A stretch of 64,000 nucleotides of DNA, from assembly GCA_040285855.1 (NCBI GenBank), contig JAUFOQ010000002.1:1922001-1986000 (forward strand), in the 5' to 3' direction. Shown piece after piece: positions 59,580 to 64,000 of this stretch. Each line of letters starts with the position of its first letter. Positions within the stretch are counted from its first letter, which is position 1. Source of the DNA: Eukaryota sp. GEM-RC1 (taxonomy: Eukaryota). Both the position numbers and the translations under genes were made by a program. Under the pieces are notes generated by a model, which was given only the letters and a program-made list of their open reading frames with translations, did no database searches and was not told where the DNA came from.

Positions 59580-60297
59580 TGCATGTTACTGAAGATAAAA
59601 AGAGTTAGTGTTCTTGGCAGTACCGCTGAAAGAAATATCATAGGCGATGCTCCTCTTCTTCCAGGTTCTTCGTATACTTGGAAGTTGAGGTACCAGGGTA
59701 CTTTTACTACTGGAAGAATTGGAAGCCGATTTGATGAAGTTTTTGTATACCGGAGTTAAGAATCTTTATTTTGATTCTTCGGTGAATCAAAATTTTGTTT
59801 TGAAGGAACAAAACTCTAAGTTAGAAAAAGAATACTCTCGATTAGAAACACTAACTTCGGATTTAACAAAGGAAATTCGCACCTAGACACATTCTGCAAT
59901 TTACTTTTCAATAACAAGTGGAAATCAAGAATTAGCACACACAGTTCCACAATTCCATTATGAACCTAAAGAGTTACCCATAGCTGTTGACAATAATATG
60001 ACGTTACCATTTGCCAACCCGAGTGATGTTGAGGATGAAGAGTATCAAGAAGAATCAGTGATCCCTTCTCAGGACCCATTGTCCAATCAAGAAACTTCCG
60101 TTCCTAGTCAAATGGATGATATGTATGGTAGTCATGATGATTCAGCTTCTGAACATTGGTCAGAAGATGAGGTGCCTCCACCCTCATTGGCACGATTACA
60201 CTCAGTGTCATTTGATCCGGAAGTGTTTCAGAAGCAGAATCTTGGAGCTGCTCTGTTTGAGGATGATGAAGACGAAGATTCTGGTTTTTTAAATTAG
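59580..60297 (+). pseudogene. Chimeric fragments of the BTB family: SPRY-like piece plus coiled coil with acidic tail
   Basis: 59580-59701 is near-identical to the reverse complement of about 36225-36345; from about 59710, LEELEADLMKFLYTGVKNLYFDS matches the cassette end and runs, through one TAG, into ORF 59998..60297. Confidence 0.65.
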
Positions 60298-60454
60298 TGT
60301 TTTAATTTAATAGAATTGATGTGTCTTATAAATCAGAATCGAACACGTTTTAATTAGCAATCGTGTCTTTGACATGCTGATCTAACAGGAAACAACCTGA
60401 TTACAAACAGGACACTTTTTGAACAAGAATAATTCGTTTAATACCACCTGTTTC

Positions 60455-61565
60455 TTTTTTTTTAACACAAGATTTTATTGTAAATGTAATAGATCAAACA
60501 ACTAAAATTTGATATCATTAAAACAACACCCGTCGCTATCGAACCTTAGAACAGCTTTGTCCTCATAAAAGGCACTCACTGCTAATAAAGCTTTGGAGAT
60601 GATTAGGGAAATTGTTTTAAAAACAGAAAAAACAATCCGATTCAACCATAATATACTAGTATGATCTTTCATCCTATTTTTAACGATTTTTCCGAAATCG
60701 TTTAAAAAATTCAATGCACTTTTCCTAAACGTCCATAAATTGGAAACAGTAAAGGGCATAATTCGTATTCAACATGTTTTACATGTTTCAAAGCCATCAA
60801 TGGTTTCTTGTACTTATCCTACGTGGCTTGTTCAGAAGTGTCTAAAGGGGAAGTTTCAGAGTAAGCATTCTTTAAAGATGTCTTTTACAAACAGCCACTG
60901 ACACTACATCAACAACAAACAATTTGTCTGAAGAAGAAGGGACAACAACATCTGCTCTCCGTTTACCAAAAAATTGGTTCTGTTTTTCGACATTACAATT
61001 ATTACTTGGTTCTAAAGATCATAGAAGTGGATCAACAAATGACTCAATTTTGTAAGACTTACACATAGCATGTATTTGATCTCTTACAGCATCATGCATA
61101 CACGTTCGATAAGTTATGTAGCGATTACAACTTAACAGATGAGAAAACGTTAATTGTTTTCCACAGCTACACTCCAGATCATTGGGCAAATTATATGGCC
61201 ATAAATAACAACGACGTCTCATTGTAGTGGTCCATTGATGATCATTTAATTACAAACCACATACTTGTGGAAATTGATTAATTAATGCCACAACAGAACT
61301 CTCCTTTAAATCAATTAAAAAATTAGCGAATGCAGGATTGCTGAGACGGACTGTAAAATCTAAACTTTCAAAATATTTTAATAAACGATTTTGTAGCTTT
61401 TTTAAAGCAAACTTTAAGGACAAAATGTTTCGACATGGAATTTCTTTGATATCAACAGGAAAGCAAGTTGACCATAGCTCATGAGAAAGATTTCCTATTT
61501 CACCACAGAGATGATTAAGATAAAAGCTGCTGGTACTTTCAAGAAGAGAAGTTCTTGATGGATAT
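60455..61565 (-). mobile_element. 5'-truncated RLE-type (CRE/R2-like) non-LTR retrotransposon
   Basis: Poly-A (T9 at 60455-60463) with AATAAA; CSCGKQLTFSHLLSC knuckle, MHDAVRD, RRADVVV..VVDV nuclease-like motif; absent from the paralogous segment near 33600. Confidence 0.8.
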
Positions 61566-62664
61566 CAAAAACGAGACTTCAATTTAGATTTTCCTAATAG
61601 AGAGTACATGAATTTTGGTGGAATGTGTATTTCCAAAATTGAATTTCACAGTGCTGAAATAGTAGATACAATGTCGAGTATATGGACTGATTCGTGACTA
61701 TTGTACAACTTTGTAGTAACAACGCTCATCGTTGGACGATGTAGTTCTGGGATACCAAAAGATGATGGAAAATTACATGTATCAAGATACAGTTAAAAAG
61801 TCACATCATCATCTTTTTTACATTCTAATGTTTACGTCAATGTCGTCAGTTAGAATAAAGTAATGTATTACTTGAGGTATTTCATTACAGTTTAAACAAC
61901 GGAATGGTCGTTCTCCGTGGATAACAAGGATCTGAGAATCTTGATAACGTTAATGCAACATCAGCAAAAAGCTCTGAAACAGTTACAATGTCTACAACGC
62001 ATAGAACTGATATTGGGCAGTTCTATGTTCCGGCATTCATATAATATTAGATTCATATTTGTATTTAAGGACCAAAATGTTAACAGATCTAACCACATTG
62101 ATTGCTAACTCTACTCAGTGTCGTTCAAAATGCTATTAAGAAAACAAAATATTTGTATCTAAATTAGCGATTGCAACAAAATTCTTCTTATTTATCTAAT
62201 TTTATAGCAGCTGTTAGGATGTTACGTTCACAATGAAAATCTTTAGAAAAGCAATTGTTCCTTCAAAACACCACCTGAAAAGATTTATGAAACTTTGATT
62301 TAGTGATATCAAATTGCTCTGCACATAGGATGGTCCCGAAAAATTTTGAGTAATGATAAATTTTTTTTGTTCCTAATGTAGAATGTACTACTAGTAGTAC
62401 TCCTTCTGTATCCCAGAAATGCAGTTTTTAATGAGCTGCTGGACGAACTACAAGAATTCACATTCAACATATGTTTGGTTTATTCATTAATGTTGATTTA
62501 TCAAATGAATCGTAGTAAAAACACGAAAAGGATTTGGTTTTACAAATCCCATATTAATAGTCAGTATTGGTTTATAGATCAAAAGAACAAAAATACTATC
62601 TCAATTTAAAATTGTGATTTGATAATCTAACTTCCAAATATGTATTGAAACTACTATCAGAAAG

Positions 62665-64000
62665 CTATTCAAGTTTACAACATTTGTCCATCATAGACAT
62701 AAGTAAAGGACCCAACTGAACCTCAGCATCATAAAGCTCCAAGATCTCCACATCAACTTTAATAAAGTTCATCCACTCATTAAGAACATGTTGAACCATT
62801 CGATGATCTATAGCGTTCAACTCCCCAGAACTATTAATTTCCTTCAAACATCGAGGCAAATCAATTAAATAAGAACCTCTCCCATCCAACTGATCATTAA
62901 CTAGGGGAAACAGAAGCACCTTGGCTATTCTATGGGCAATATCATCAAGAGAACAAGAACTTAAAGAACGAAGACACGAGCAGATTGTGCTTTGAAGTAG
63001 TTGCTGATCAAAGGTAAACAACCTCCACACACTCTGATACCTCGTGAACTTTAAACGATCATAAATAATCTCTGACACTGTCCACTCATGCTCTTCATGA
63101 AGTTGACATAGTAACTGTCGTGCTGGATAATTTGTTAAGTTCTTCTGCATTGTCCAAAAGGTGTCTGGTCATCTGCTCTCAGTTGATGAAAATAAACTAG
63201 TTCTTGGGTCTAGTATTGGATGGAGACAGTTAATGTAGGGAATGGTGGCACGGAAAACTTTCTGTAATTGAACTGATTGGTTGGTGTCCTTCATGTCGAA
63301 GATGACGTCATAGATATTCCGATCGACTAGGACAAAATCACGTAAATGATTGATAAAGTCTTGAACACTGGTGTGAATTTTATCCAATTGAAAGACCTGT
63401 GTTGAGTCATTTTCAAAGTACTTCTGGTCTAGATGGTCAAGGGTCTGATCTGAAACAATCAAGGATTGGCATTGACGAGCAGGCTTGATCCTACAAGTTA
63501 AAGGCCAAGTGCTTTTGAAGAAAACAGAGAAGTTAGGATTCAGGGAAAGATTCTTAACAATTCTGCTGAAGTTGTTAGTTCGTTGTTGTGGATTGTTTAC
63601 AAGCAAATCTAGAATCATTTTCCTAGAAAATCCATCAACCCCTTCTAGATCAATTTTTGCTCCATGTATGTGAGTCATCAAAATAAAGGACTCCAGATCT
63701 CTAGATTTACAAAGGAAAGGGAAGTTTCCCTTGACCATGGCATAGAAAAACAATACCAAGGGACCAGTAATCCCATGAGTAGTCGTGGTGCTTTGCGGTA
63801 AGAACTTCAGGGGGAGTATAGGGTCTGGTTCCTGTATTAGCTGACTTTGGGCTATTTGGGCTGTGTTGTTCTAGGGTGTCAAAGTCAAAGATTACCACAT
63901 TGTCTTCACTGTCGATAAGAATGTTCTCTATTTTGATGTCACGACAGAGAAGAGAGTGTAAGTGGAGATGATGTACAGCAGAAACCAACTGAGCAAAGTA
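62665..64000 (-). pseudogene. Paralogue of kinase 30878..32572 with frameshifts; runs off the window
   Basis: ORFs 63707..63988, 63169..63759 and 62665..63150 are collinear with and highly similar to the intact kinase. Confidence 0.88.

Overview
AT-rich genomic DNA from a compact microbial eukaryote (standard code, introns of about 30 nt, very short intergenic spaces); no rRNA, tRNA or CRISPR array recognised. Two tight blocks of housekeeping genes (17.3-22.0 kb: SAM synthetase, a coiled-coil protein, TFIIE-alpha; 48.7-54.7 kb: SNF2/BRG1-type remodeler, VPS25, phospholipid methyltransferase, CKAP2-like protein) sit between transposon-rich accessory blocks. Mobile DNA: one complete Ty3/gypsy chromodomain LTR element with identical 78-bp LTRs, one near-complete hAT transposon, four hAT-type non-autonomous elements with perfect 8-bp TSDs, five fragments of an RLE-type non-LTR retrotransposon, and a truncated PIF1-helicase element ending in a minisatellite and a long hairpin. 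The accessory genes are mostly ubiquitin-system proteins. A BTB/POZ-helical-coiled-coil cassette recurs with different C-terminal payloads: a roughly 10.7-kb RNF213/mysterin-like AAA+ ATPase with an RZ-type finger, a SPRY-like domain, a B-box and an acidic tail. There is also a CUE-like/BTB protein and a ubiquitin-ADP-ribosyltransferase fusion whose 5' end looks inverted. Many ORFs, including housekeeping ones, are broken by single-base indels in homopolymers, so some apparent pseudogenes may be assembly errors. All family calls are by manual motif recognition; no searches were run.
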